A stretch of DNA of 61,512 nt, counting the filler, from Nitrospinota bacterium (GTDB lineage Bacteria; JADFOP01): NCBI GenBank assembly GCA_022562795.1. It is 3 parts of 3 records of this genome, joined end to end, with 100 filler letters (N's around TTAATTAATTAA, not from the genome) between each part and the next. Parts side by side here need not be neighbours in the genome. Positions count along the whole stretch, not along the records: positions 27,611 to 54,632 come from JADFOP010000029.1; positions 54,733 to 61,512 come from JADFOP010000064.1; 1 more part is not named here. One strand, 5' to 3'. The position numbers and the translations under genes were made by a program. This document shows positions 46,916 through 57,167 of the stretch, piece after piece; position 1 is the first letter of the stretch, and the number at the start of each line of letters is the position of its first letter. The notes under the pieces are model-generated. The model searched no databases and had not been told where the DNA came from. It saw nothing but the letters and a program-made list of their open reading frames with translations.

Positions 46916-47578
46916 TTGCGCATAGCGCCCACACACCTTCAGCGGGAGCTTCTCCCTGTTCCTGGAGCAGGCCCAGGGGGGTCCTTTGTCCTCCTCTATG
47001 GTAGCAAGACAACCTACACGCTCTCCCTCTACGCTGTCTCCGTGCTCCTTGCTCGGGGCGACCATCTGCTGGTGGTAGACGGCGGCAATTCCTTCGATCC
47101 CTACGTCATCTCCGAAGCGGCCCGATGGCTCGGCCAGAGCCCAGAGGAACTTCTGGGGCGCATCCACATCTCCCGCGCATTCACCTGCCACCAGCTGGAG
47201 GCCCTAATCACGGGACGCCTCTCAGATGCGCTACGGCGTTTCCACTCACGGAGCCTACTGCTTTCCGGCCTCCTGAATACCCTCTACGACGAGGATGTCT
47301 CGCACGGTGAGGCCTGGAAGCTGTTCCATCGGATAGTGGCGACGCTCCGCTCCTTGAGGAGGCAAGGCGTGAGCATGGTGGGCCTTTGCCCCGAAGCGTC
47401 GGCTCCAATCGCCATGCGACGGAGGTTTCTCGCCGAGCTTAAGGGCGAGGCCGACCGGGTGATGCGGGCTGAGACCAACGATGGCCGGACCTTGCTCACA
47501 ACCGAGAAGCCTGCGGGCCTCGGCGGCCCACGGCAGCTGATAACAGAAAGCATCTCCGATGGAAGGGGATACAGATAG
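46916..47578 (+). CDS. inactive RecA/RadA-like protein (iRadA) of a PolB2 cassette
   Basis: VDGGNSFDPY and I.ISRAFTCHQ; no intact Walker A. Confidence 0.75.
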   Translation: MRIAPTHLQRELLPVPGAGPGGSFVLLYGSKTTYTLSLYAVSVLLARGDHLLVVDGGNSFDPYVISEAARWLGQSPEELLGRIHISRAFTCHQLEALITGRLSDALRRFHSRSLLLSGLLNTLYDEDVSHGEAWKLFHRIVATLRSLRRQGVSMVGLCPEASAPIAMRRRFLAELKGEADRVMRAETNDGRTLLTTEKPAGLGGPRQLITESISDGRGYR

Positions 47579-47869
47579 ATGGGACGGACGGTGCTTTCGG
47601 CAACCCAGGTGGTCTTGAGGGAACAGGCGAGCTGGAGCAAGTTCCGGAGGGTCCTTCGGAAAGAGGATCAAGAAACGCTGGACGCCCTCTTCCAGGCGGC
47701 CCGGTACCATGCAGCGGCTCTCTCGTACGTCTCGAAGCCCACGCCCTTGGAGCCGATCCTTATATCCATGCTCATTGAGCACCAAAAGGCCATCCAGGCC
47801 CTGGAAGAGAAGATAAGAAAGCTGGAGGAGAAGCGAGGCGATGACGGAGACGACCGGCTGGCTCTTTGA
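47579..47869 (+). CDS. PolB2-associated small helical protein (arCOG07300/PPB2-like)
   Basis: MGRT..W.KFRR.LR.ED...D.LF..A..H; lies between iRadA and polB. Confidence 0.75.
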   Translation: MGRTVLSATQVVLREQASWSKFRRVLRKEDQETLDALFQAARYHAAALSYVSKPTPLEPILISMLIEHQKAIQALEEKIRKLEEKRGDDGDDRLAL

Positions 47870-50060
47870 CGTCTATCCCTCCAGCGAGGGGATGGTGGTG
47901 TGGCTCCTGGACGATGAGGGGAAGTCAACCGCGTTCGTGGACCGCTACGAACCTTACTTCTACGCCTCGGGAAGCAGAGAGGGCCTGAGGCTGCTAAGGC
48001 AGCGCCTCTCCAGAATCAAGGTGCCAATCCGAACGGAGCGGGTCGAGCGGACGGAGTTCTGGAGCGGAAGACCCCTGGAGGTCCTCAAGGTCTCAACCCC
48101 CAACCTCCTGGCCTACGGGCATTTGGCGAGGGTCGCTGGCAGGCTGGAGGGTATCGAGCTCTTTAACTGCGATATCCCACTGCCCCAGGTCTATCTCTTC
48201 GAGAGGAATGTCTTCCCGCTGGCCCGATGTCGTCTAGATTGTGACACCGAGGGTCGGATCGGGGCGATGGAAGCGCTTGACTCGCCCTGGAGCACAAACT
48301 ACGCCATTCCTCCTTTAAGGGTGATGGAACTCAGGGTCGAAGGCGGGGGGGTAAACCCCAACCACAGTCGCCGGGGCAGGCTTGAGGTGGAGCTCGACGG
48401 CGCAACCTACACCCTTGAGCCCGACGACCCGGCCGAGCTTATCCACACCTTCAATAGCTTGCTTGAGAGCCACGATCCCGATCTCATCATCACTGAATGG
48501 GGGGACTCTTTCATCATCCCTCGGCTGATGAGTCTTTCGGGGGCGGCGGGCCTCCCCTTGCTCCTTAATAGGGACCCAAGGAAGCAAAAAGTCGCTTCTC
48601 GAAGAGCTCGCTCTTATTTCACCTACGGCAAGACCGTCTACCAGGCAGGCGCCCGGACGCTGTTCGGACGGTGGCACGTTGACCGCTGCAATTCCTTCAT
48701 TTTGGGCGAGGCGGGGCTGGAGGGCCTCTTCGAGCTCGCCAGGATCGCCAAGATTCCTGTCCAGCGGACAGCCCGTACATCAACCGGCACCTGTATAAGC
48801 AACATGCAGATGGAGCGGGCCGTCCGAGACGGCATCCTCATTCCCTGGCGCAAGCGGCGGGCCGAGGAGTTCAAAACGGGGCTTGAGCTGCTGACCGCCG
48901 ACAAAGGCGGTCTCACGTACCAGCCGGTGCTCGGCGTCCATGAGAACGTGGCCGAGATCGACTTCTCTTCCATGTACCCCACCATCATGGCGACCTACAA
49001 CGTCTCACCTGAAACGGTGGGGTGCGCCTGCTGTCGCAACGCCGTCCCAGAGATCAACGCCTCCACCTGCCAGAGGAGGGAGGGGCTGGTGCCGAAGACC
49101 CTGAGGCCCATCCTTGAGAAGCGGGCACGCTACAAGTCGCTCATGCAGGAAGCAGGCTCTAAGAAGGAACGAGGAGTCTATGACCGGAGGCAGTGCGCCA
49201 TCAAGTGGATGCTGGTCACGTGCTTCGGCTACCTGGGCTACAAGAACGCGCGGTTCGGCAAGATCGAGGCCCACGAGTCTGTCACGGCCTACGGTAGGGA
49301 AAAGCTCCTCCAGGCGAAGGAGGTCGCCGAGGCGAGAGGCTTCGCGCTCATCCACGCCCTGACCGACTCCCTCTGGGTGAAGAAGAAGGGTTCGACGGAG
49401 ACAGAGTACGAGGCCCTGCGCGAGGAGATGGCCCGCGCCACGGGGCTGCCCATCGGGCTTGAAGGGGTCTACCTGTGGATAGCCTTCCTCCCATCGAAGG
49501 TCTCACCCAAGATGCCCGTGCCCAACCGGTTCGTCGGGGTCTTCACCGACGGGAGGGTCAAGGCCCGAGGCATTGAGATGCGGCGCTCCGACATGCCCCC
49601 GTTCGTCAAGAAAGCTCAGGCTGAAATCGTAAGGCTACTCTCAGAGGCCGGGAGCGTAGAAGAGATCAAGGCCAAGGTGGATGATGCTCTGGAGGTGCTC
49701 TCCGGGTATCTGGCGGAGCTAAGGGAAGGAGGGGTGCCGCTGCACGAGCTCGTGATAAGGAAGCGGTTGTCGAAAGACCCCTTAAGCTATAAGAAAAAGA
49801 GCATCTTGGCTGAGGTGGCGGGAGAGCTCGTCTCCAGGGGGGTGGCTCTCAGGCCTGGGGAGAAGGTCGATTACGTCATCACAGACTTCGAGGGAAGGAG
49901 TGGAGGGCCGAGGGCCAGGGCGTATGCAACGATGGATGAAAGCTGCGGCTACGACGTCGGCAAATATACCGACCTGCTCCTTGAGGCCGCCGGGACCATG
50001 CTGGCCCCCTTCGGCTACGACTACCAGCGGCTGGTGGAAATCGCCCCGCTGTCTGCTTGA
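47841..50060 (+). CDS. family B DNA polymerase, PolB2-like
   Basis: DFSSMYP, K..LVTCFGY.GY.N..FG, HALTDS (altered motif C), K.RGIE.RR.D; degenerate exonuclease domain. Confidence 0.85.
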   Translation: MTETTGWLFDVYPSSEGMVVWLLDDEGKSTAFVDRYEPYFYASGSREGLRLLRQRLSRIKVPIRTERVERTEFWSGRPLEVLKVSTPNLLAYGHLARVAGRLEGIELFNCDIPLPQVYLFERNVFPLARCRLDCDTEGRIGAMEALDSPWSTNYAIPPLRVMELRVEGGGVNPNHSRRGRLEVELDGATYTLEPDDPAELIHTFNSLLESHDPDLIITEWGDSFIIPRLMSLSGAAGLPLLLNRDPRKQKVASRRARSYFTYGKTVYQAGARTLFGRWHVDRCNSFILGEAGLEGLFELARIAKIPVQRTARTSTGTCISNMQMERAVRDGILIPWRKRRAEEFKTGLELLTADKGGLTYQPVLGVHENVAEIDFSSMYPTIMATYNVSPETVGCACCRNAVPEINASTCQRREGLVPKTLRPILEKRARYKSLMQEAGSKKERGVYDRRQCAIKWMLVTCFGYLGYKNARFGKIEAHESVTAYGREKLLQAKEVAEARGFALIHALTDSLWVKKKGSTETEYEALREEMARATGLPIGLEGVYLWIAFLPSKVSPKMPVPNRFVGVFTDGRVKARGIEMRRSDMPPFVKKAQAEIVRLLSEAGSVEEIKAKVDDALEVLSGYLAELREGGVPLHELVIRKRLSKDPLSYKKKSILAEVAGELVSRGVALRPGEKVDYVITDFEGRSGGPRARAYATMDESCGYDVGKYTDLLLEAAGTMLAPFGYDYQRLVEIAPLSA

Positions 50061-50321
50061 GGCTTGGTGCGGTTTAGGGAGGCTCGCGAGTCGTTGTGTT
50101 GGCACATCTGGCCGGTTTCTATCAGGGGTCGTCTCCCTCCTCGACGGCGCCTGGGGTTCAGGGCGGAACGGGTTTCTTTTCCCTCCGCAATGTGATAATC
50201 TTAAACATCCTTTCAAACACCTCGCCTTGTCCGGGGGCAGTCCTCAAGGGAGAGGGGGGCAAGCCCAGAGAGCAGGAGTCATCCACTCCTACCAGCAACC
50301 GCCAACCTGGAGGAGAGCATA

Positions 50322-51842
50322 ATGGTCCCTACCACATCCATTGAATTTCCCGAAGTAGAGATCAGTTCCAAGGTGGAGGAGTTTTTGGCCTCGCCCCGGA
50401 AGCTGCTCATAGGCGGCCGGTGGGCCGACGCCGCTTCCGGCAAGACCTTTCCGGTTTACAACCCGGCGACCGGTGACGAGCTCGCGCGTGTGGCCGAGGG
50501 GGACAGGGAGGACATCGACCGCGCCGTCGATGCCGCCCGGAAAGCGTTCGAGGAGGGCCCGTGGCGCCGGATGACGCCTTCGGAGCGCGGCCGCATCATT
50601 TGGAAAATCGGCGATTTGATTCTCGAGAACCTCGACGAGCTCGCCGAGCTGGACTCACTCGACAACGGCAAGCCCCTCGGCGTCGCCAAGGTCGCGGACG
50701 TGCCGCTCGCCGCCGACCTGTTTCACTACATGGCCGGCTGGGCGACGAAAATCGAGGGCAGCACCATACCCATCTCGGTGCCCTACGCGCCGGGCGCCAA
50801 GTTCCACGCCTTCACCACGCGCGAGCCAATCGGCGTGGTGGGCCAGATAATCCCGTGGAATTTCCCGCTCCTTATGGCCGCCTGGAAGCTCGGCCCCGCG
50901 CTCGCGACCGGAAACGCCATCGTCCTCAAGCCCGCCGAGCAGACGCCGCTCTCCGCCCTGCGGCTCGGCGAGATAATTCAGGAAGCGGGCGCGCCCGACG
51001 GTGTCGTCAACATCGTGCCGGGTTACGGCGAGACGGCCGGGGCGGCGCTCGCCGCGCACGATGGCGTCGATAAGATCGCCTTCACCGGCTCAACCGAGGT
51101 CGGCAAGCTCATCGTCCAGGCCGCTACTGGGAACCTGAAGAAAGTCACCCTCGAGCTCGGCGGCAAATCTCCCAACATCGTCTTCAAGGACTCCCCCGAT
51201 CTCGACGCCGCCATCGCGGGCGTAGCCAGCGCCATCTTCTTCAACCACGGCCAGTGCTGCTGCGCCGGCTCTCGCCTCTTGGTCGAGCGGGAGATCTTCG
51301 ACGACGTGGTTGCCGGCGTTTCCGAGGCCGCCCAGAATATCAAGCTCGGCCCCGGCCTCGCCGCCGACACGCAAATGGGCCCGCTCGTCTCTGAGGAGCA
51401 GCTGGAGCGCGTGACCGGCTACATCGACGCCGGCCAGAACGACGGCGCGTGCGTCGTCACGGGCGGCCGTCGTATCGGTGAGCGCGGCTACTTCGTCTCA
51501 CCCACCGTGATAACCGACGCCCGGCCGGAGATGAGCATCGTCCGCGAGGAGATTTTCGGGCCGGTCGTCGTCGCCGAGCCGTTCACGAAGACCGAAGAGG
51601 TGCTTCCGGTCGCCAACGAAACCGTCTACGGCCTCGCGGCCGGCATCTGGACGGGGGATATCTCCAAGGCCCACCGGGTGGCCGAGCAGCTCCGCGCGGG
51701 CACCGTCTGGATAAACTGCTTCAACATCTTCGACGCCGCGCTCCCCTTCGGCGGATACAAGCAGTCCGGCTGGGGCCGGGAGATGGGCAAAGGGGCCCTC
51801 GACCTCTACACGGAGACCAAGGCCGTCTGCATCGGTCTGTAA
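50322..51842 (+). CDS. NAD-dependent aldehyde dehydrogenase
   Basis: PWNFP, KPAEQTP, FTGST, LELGGKSP, GQCCCAG and EEIFGP. Confidence 0.96.
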   Translation: MVPTTSIEFPEVEISSKVEEFLASPRKLLIGGRWADAASGKTFPVYNPATGDELARVAEGDREDIDRAVDAARKAFEEGPWRRMTPSERGRIIWKIGDLILENLDELAELDSLDNGKPLGVAKVADVPLAADLFHYMAGWATKIEGSTIPISVPYAPGAKFHAFTTREPIGVVGQIIPWNFPLLMAAWKLGPALATGNAIVLKPAEQTPLSALRLGEIIQEAGAPDGVVNIVPGYGETAGAALAAHDGVDKIAFTGSTEVGKLIVQAATGNLKKVTLELGGKSPNIVFKDSPDLDAAIAGVASAIFFNHGQCCCAGSRLLVEREIFDDVVAGVSEAAQNIKLGPGLAADTQMGPLVSEEQLERVTGYIDAGQNDGACVVTGGRRIGERGYFVSPTVITDARPEMSIVREEIFGPVVVAEPFTKTEEVLPVANETVYGLAAGIWTGDISKAHRVAEQLRAGTVWINCFNIFDAALPFGGYKQSGWGREMGKGALDLYTETKAVCIGL

Positions 51843-51867
51843 ATAACTGGGCGGGCAAATCTGGAAG

Positions 51868-51900
51868 GGCCGGGGGGGGCTCCCCCTGGCCCTTTCTCTT
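51868..51900 (+). terminator. intrinsic terminator-like hairpin
   Basis: GGCCGGGGG..CCCCTGGCC followed by a T-rich tail. Confidence 0.55.
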
Positions 51901-52006
51901 CCCCCATGCATGAAGGCGGCGGCCTCTCCCGCCTCCCGTGGTCGTTGACTTTGGGGCGGAGTTTGCTAAGATGACCTCCCGCCTCAACACCGGGATGGGG
52001 GCCAGT

Positions 52007-52093
52007 GCCCAAGTGGCGGAATTGGCAGACGCGCATGATTCAGGGTCATGTGGCCTTACGGCCGTGGGGGTTCGAGTCCCTCCTTGGGCACCA
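52007..52093 (+). tRNA. tRNA-Leu(CAG)
   Basis: GCCCAAG/CTTGGGC acceptor stem, CATGA-TTCAGGG-TCATG anticodon arm, long variable arm, GGTTCGAGTCC, encoded CCA; TTGACT-16-TAAGAT promoter at 51945-51972. Confidence 0.96.
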
Positions 52094-52194
52094 CCAAAGC
52101 GGAACAAGGGGGTTCGGGGAGCCGGGCCTCCTGATTTTTTTGCCCGCGCTAGGGCGACGGCCCCGGCGGAAAGGCAGACGCTTGGAGGAGTACC

Positions 52195-52854
52195 ATGAGT
52201 AGGCGATACGAGATCGACAAGCTCGCCGTCGAAGAGTCGTGGCGGATGTTCCGCATCATTGGGGAGTTTGTCGAGGGCTTCGACGCGCTCTCCCACCTGG
52301 AGAAGGCCGTGACGATATACGGCTCGGCGCGCTCCAAGCCGGGCGACCCGGTCTGGCGTATCGCCGAGGAGATCGGCCGGGAGCTCGCGGCGGAGGGCTA
52401 CGCGGTCATCACCGGCGGTGGGCCGGGGGCGATGGAGGCTGCGAACAAGGGCGCCTTCGAGCAGGGGGGCGAGTCGGTGGGCCTCAACATCGACCTGCCC
52501 GAGGAGCAGGCCTCCAACCCGTATGTGACCATCTCGCTCGATTTCCGCTACTTCTTCGTCCGAAAGGTGATGCTTGTAAAATACGCCACGGCCTTCGTCC
52601 TTCTGCCCGGAGGCTTCGGCACCCTCGATGAGCTCTTCGAGACCTCCACCCTCATCCAGACCCTGCGGATCAAACCCTTCCCAATCTTCCTCGTCGGAGC
52701 CGACTACTGGGGTGGACTTCTCGGCTGGCTGAGGGGCGAGAGCGTCGCGCGGGGCTACCTGACCCCGGAGGATATAGAAATTTATCAGGTCGTCGAGAAG
52801 CCTGCCGAGATCGTCCCCGCCATCGAAGCCTACCTCCAGCGCGAGACGGGGTAG
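52195..52854 (+). CDS. LOG-family (TIGR00730) phosphoribohydrolase
   Basis: YGSAR, TGGGPGAM, FFVRK and PGGFGTLDE. Confidence 0.93.
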   Translation: MSRRYEIDKLAVEESWRMFRIIGEFVEGFDALSHLEKAVTIYGSARSKPGDPVWRIAEEIGRELAAEGYAVITGGGPGAMEAANKGAFEQGGESVGLNIDLPEEQASNPYVTISLDFRYFFVRKVMLVKYATAFVLLPGGFGTLDELFETSTLIQTLRIKPFPIFLVGADYWGGLLGWLRGESVARGYLTPEDIEIYQVVEKPAEIVPAIEAYLQRETG

Positions 52855-53028
52855 GGGGACGTGATAATGTGGAAGGCCTGACCGCCTGAAGGGCAATTTC
52901 TTGACAAATATAGACTTTTCAAGAGGTTATTCGAAATTCAAGATTTCCTGAGAAAGTCTTTAATTGCTAATGGCGGTTGCATTATCCATTAGAGTGAAGT
53001 AAAGTTTTTACGCTGCACCTCAAATGTA

Positions 53029-53712
53029 ATGTTAAGGAACACTAGCTGCATATCAGGCGGGGATGGCGCGGCGGACGACATCGATAATTCGAAAAAGGGT
53101 AAGTTCTTGATCTTGAAACCACCTCAGCTCCCATCCGAGGATGATAGGCTCTTTGAGGGCGACGACGACTGGTGGAACAACGCCTGCGTCAACTTCCTCC
53201 CTGACGATTGGCATATCTACGCGACAGGATACAAAGACGCCGCCGACGTACTCATGGCCCATGTCGAAAAGCACCAAGGGCGGCAGGATACTCTCGTGTA
53301 TCCGGTCGTATTCTTGTATCGACAGTATCTTGAACTGAAGATCAAAAATTTGATACGACAGGGTAGAGACCTGCTGGACATTCATGAGCCTTTTCCCAAG
53401 ACTCACCGGATTGATGAGCTGTGGAAGGTTTGTAGCGACTTATTGCGTGAGATTTTTCCCGGGGATTCTGAGGAGGAGCAAGCTCAGATAGCCCGCCTAA
53501 TCGAGGAGTTCTGTCAAGTCGACCCCACATCTACGGCATTTCGATATCCGGAAGACCTAGATGGGAACCCTTCACTTCCTCCGGTGGTTCGGCACATCAA
53601 TCTCCGGAACGTAAAGGAAGTGATCGACAAGATCTCAGTGATTCTTGTTGGGGCAGATACCCTGATCGCCGAATACTTGTCAATCAAGGCAGACATGTAC
53701 TCTGGGCTTTAG
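53029..53712 (+). CDS. hypothetical protein, HEPN-like
   Basis: YP..FLYRQYLEL.IK..THRI..LW..DP.ST.FRYP pattern resembles HEPN proteins; start uncertain. Confidence 0.55.
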   Translation: MLRNTSCISGGDGAADDIDNSKKGKFLILKPPQLPSEDDRLFEGDDDWWNNACVNFLPDDWHIYATGYKDAADVLMAHVEKHQGRQDTLVYPVVFLYRQYLELKIKNLIRQGRDLLDIHEPFPKTHRIDELWKVCSDLLREIFPGDSEEEQAQIARLIEEFCQVDPTSTAFRYPEDLDGNPSLPPVVRHINLRNVKEVIDKISVILVGADTLIAEYLSIKADMYSGL

Positions 53713-53730
53713 TGAGAGTCTCGTGATGCA

Positions 53731-53818
53731 CTCTAACAAAGCGTTGCACATGGACCGCCTGAAACGCTGGGCGTTTCAGAGACCCTCCGCGCTTCACGTT
53801 CATGCGCGGCGGTTAGTT
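53731..53818 (+). other. attC-like imperfect inverted repeat
   Basis: CTCTAAC-AAAGC-GTTGCAC .. TGAAACGC/GCGTTTCA .. GTTAGTT between two AT-richer genes; degenerate. Confidence 0.4.
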
Positions 53819-53845
53819 GCCGACTAAAAAAAGGAATGCCTTAAT

Positions 53846-54632
53846 ATGAAACCCTCCGACAGAATCCATCTCATTAAAGAAATATCCGCCTCCCTTGGAG
53901 AAGAGAGCTGGAAGCTCATTGATTTAACTCTAAAACAATTTAACTTGCCTTGGACCGATGAATGGAACGGAGATACCAAGGGCGATTATGTCATCGATAT
54001 GATCAGCGACGCCAGCAATCAATCTTTAGTGAAATTAGCTAAACATCTAGGGGTTGTGACAGAACTTGAATCCTCTGAACTACCAACTTTTTGGTCACCC
54101 AATCATCTACGTATATTTCTCAGTGGTCTCGCTACTGAAAAAAAAGCCATCAAAGCTATAAAAACTGAATTGGGAGATTATGGGCTTGTATGTTTTCTCG
54201 CTCATGAGGATATTGAGCCAACAAGGGAATGGCAGACAGAAATTGAGACAGCCCTAACGACAATGGATGCTCTCGTAGCGTATTTAACTCCAGGTTTTAA
54301 TGAAAGCGAATGGACAGATCAAGAAGTGGGTGTGGCTATCGGCCGCAAAGTTCCAATTGTTCCTCTGAAAGCTGGAATCGATCCCTATGGCTTCATAGGT
54401 AAATACCAAGCACTTCAAGCTAAAGACCGAATGCCAGAGGAAATTGCAAAAGAGATTGTGGAATTGCTTGCAGCAAAACCTCAGATTGCGGCCAAGATTT
54501 CAAATGCGCTTGTTGAACGCCTTGAAGGCTCAGGGTCTTTTAGTGATTCAAAACTAATTATGGATTTAATAGAAAGATGTCGCCAGTTTTCGGAGGACAC
54601 ACTTGAAAGGCTTAAAGCTGCACCAAAGGGCA
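53846..54632 (+). CDS. TIR-domain protein (3' truncated at contig end)
   Basis: RIFLS, FLAHEDIEP..EW..EI..AL and S.WTDQEVG with the conserved Glu; AT-rich. Confidence 0.85.
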
Positions 54633-54732
54633 NNNNNNNNNNNNNNNNNNNNNNNNNNNNNNNNNNNNNNNNNNNNTTAATTAATTAANNNNNNNNNNNN
54701 NNNNNNNNNNNNNNNNNNNNNNNNNNNNNNNN
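54633..54732. other. artificial contig linker
   Basis: N runs flanking TTAATTAATTAA. Confidence 0.98.
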
Positions 54733-54745
54733 ATACGAGGCGACG

Positions 54746-57157
54746 ATGAGACGAGTCGGCGAGGGCTTCCCCCTCAAACGAGCCATCCCATTTCTGGCCT
54801 TACCGCTTACTTTCTTACTCCTGTGCGGTCAGCTAGAAGCCCAAGCCTCGCGCCCTAACGTCAAGTTCTTCTACAAGGCGGGCAAGGTCGTCCGCCAAGA
54901 GATGGATAAGGACCGAGACGGCCGGACGGATGTCTGGTTCATGTATGAGCAAGGCGTGCTCATCAGGCAGGAGGAGGATACCGACGGCAACGGCCGAGCC
55001 GATGTATGGTATCACTACGAAGGAAACCGGCTCAAAAAGCAAGAGAAGGACAGCAATGGGGACGGCAAGCCCGATGCCTGGTATTTCCTCAATGAACGAG
55101 GGGACCTTGAGAGGACATGGAAAGATACCAACTACGACCGAAAAGTTGACCGCTTCGGCTACTACGAGCGAGGGCGTCTCGTTCGCCAAGAAGGCGATAC
55201 CAACGCAGACGGAAAGGTGGACCTCCTCGTCCATTACAACGCCGCCGGGAAGGTTATCAAGCGGCAGGAGGCGACGGGCAAGACGGGGGAGCTCAATTTC
55301 ACGGCCATTTACAATAGCGCCGGCCAGCCGATACGGGACGAAGAGGATACCAATGGCGATGGGTTTCCTGACATCATCCACTACTACAAGAACGGTCAGC
55401 TCCAGCGGCGCCTGGACGATACGAACGGGGACGGGAAGATCAACCTCTGGAGCTTCTTCATGGGCGGCCAAATGGTCAGGCGGGAGGCCGACACGAGTAA
55501 GGACGGCCGGGCCAACGTAATCACCCACTACCGGAATAAGCAGCTGCTGAAACAGGAAGAGGACACCAACGGCGACGGTAAAATGGATGTCGTCTTTCTC
55601 TACGAGGGGGGCAAGATTGCACAGCGCAAAGAAGATACTAACCACGATGGGCACTTTGACCTAACGGCATTATACCGGGGCGAAAAAGTGGTCAAGGAGG
55701 TGAGCGACCTCGACGCCGACGGCAGGCCCAATGTCTCGACCTACTACGAGGGCGGCAAAATTGCTCGCGTCGAGGAAGACACCAACGGCGACGGCCGGAT
55801 CGACCTTACAAGCTTCTACAAGGGTGGCGTGCGGGTGCGCCGGGAGGTGGACTCCGACAAGGACGGCCGGGTGGACCAATGGGAGACCTATAAGGCTAAG
55901 AAGTTGGTCCTCCAGGAGGTCGATAAGAACAGGGATGGCAAAAAAGACGTTATAGTCCACTATGATAGAGGCGTCGTCACCCGCCGGGAGGTCGACTCCA
56001 ACAGGGACGGCCGCTTCGATATCGTAACCTACTACAAGGGGGGCAAGGTCTCGCGCCAGGAGGAGGACAAAAACGGCGACGGCACCTTCGAATTTGTTAT
56101 CTACTACCGGGCTGGCAAGATTTCCCAACAGGAGGAAGACAAAAACGGGGACGGCAGCGTGGATCTCTGGAGCTATTTCATCGGAGACCGGCTTGATAAG
56201 CAGGAGAAGGATTCCAACGGCGACGGCAAGGCCGATCTCTGGTTTTTCATGAACCAGGCAGGCAACCTAGAGCGCCATTGGAAGGATACCAACTTCGACG
56301 GGAAGCAAGACGTCTGGGTCTCCTATAGCGGGGGCAAGAAGGTCAAACAGGAGGCCGACACCGACTTTGACGGCGAGGTCGACCTCGTGCTGACCTATTC
56401 GGACAACGAACGGCTCGCCAAGCGGGAGGAGCGCCGTCGTAAGGAGGGCATGCTCGTCTCCTTTTATGATCGCTGGGGCAACCTGGAGCGGGAGGAGGAG
56501 GACAGAGACGAAGACGGACGCCCTGATGCCATCTATCACTACAATGGCAAGAAGCTCGTCAGGGCCGAAGAGGCGAGAAAGGGCAAGGGCCGGATCGACC
56601 GCTGGTCGTATTACAAGAACAACCTCCTGGTTCGTCAGGAAGACGACACCGACGGCGACGGAAAGCCCGACCTCAAGAGCTTCTTTAGGAACAAGGTTTT
56701 GGTTCGTGTCGAGCAGGACCCCGATGAGGACGGGCGACCAAATGTGACGCAGCACTTGAAGAGGGGCAAGATCGTGCGGGAAGAGCGCGATGCCAACGGC
56801 GACGGAAAGCCCGATCTCGTTCTCGAATATAAGGACGAGAAGCTGGTCAAGAAATCAGAGGACACCGACTTTGACGGGCGCCCCAACGCCGTCTCCCACT
56901 ACGAGGGCGGGGCTTTAGTCCTCCTTGAGGAAGATACAAACAAGGACGGCCAATTTGACGTCGTCTCCCACTACGAGGGCAAGAAGCTCGTCAGTCAAGA
57001 GGCCGACAGCAATCACGACGGCCGAATAGATAGATGGAATTACTATAAGCGCGGAAAGCTCTCCCGCCATGAGGAAGACGACAACGGCGATGGTCGACCC
57101 GACAGGCGGTGGACTTACGACTCCAAGGGCCAAATTACGAGCCTCGAGACCCTTTGA
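54746..57157 (+). CDS. exported ~23-aa repeat protein with DxNxDGxxD loops
   Basis: Signal peptide followed by roughly 30 repeats of Y..G.L.R.E.DTNGDG..D. Confidence 0.85.
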   Translation: MRRVGEGFPLKRAIPFLALPLTFLLLCGQLEAQASRPNVKFFYKAGKVVRQEMDKDRDGRTDVWFMYEQGVLIRQEEDTDGNGRADVWYHYEGNRLKKQEKDSNGDGKPDAWYFLNERGDLERTWKDTNYDRKVDRFGYYERGRLVRQEGDTNADGKVDLLVHYNAAGKVIKRQEATGKTGELNFTAIYNSAGQPIRDEEDTNGDGFPDIIHYYKNGQLQRRLDDTNGDGKINLWSFFMGGQMVRREADTSKDGRANVITHYRNKQLLKQEEDTNGDGKMDVVFLYEGGKIAQRKEDTNHDGHFDLTALYRGEKVVKEVSDLDADGRPNVSTYYEGGKIARVEEDTNGDGRIDLTSFYKGGVRVRREVDSDKDGRVDQWETYKAKKLVLQEVDKNRDGKKDVIVHYDRGVVTRREVDSNRDGRFDIVTYYKGGKVSRQEEDKNGDGTFEFVIYYRAGKISQQEEDKNGDGSVDLWSYFIGDRLDKQEKDSNGDGKADLWFFMNQAGNLERHWKDTNFDGKQDVWVSYSGGKKVKQEADTDFDGEVDLVLTYSDNERLAKREERRRKEGMLVSFYDRWGNLEREEEDRDEDGRPDAIYHYNGKKLVRAEEARKGKGRIDRWSYYKNNLLVRQEDDTDGDGKPDLKSFFRNKVLVRVEQDPDEDGRPNVTQHLKRGKIVREERDANGDGKPDLVLEYKDEKLVKKSEDTDFDGRPNAVSHYEGGALVLLEEDTNKDGQFDVVSHYEGKKLVSQEADSNHDGRIDRWNYYKRGKLSRHEEDDNGDGRPDRRWTYDSKGQITSLETL

Positions 57158-57167
57158 GGCATCAATC

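Noticed and set aside
52007-52093. tRNA-Leu as the integration site of the HEPN-like/TIR genes
   Set aside because: A host-like LOG gene lies between them; no integrase or duplicated tRNA end is visible
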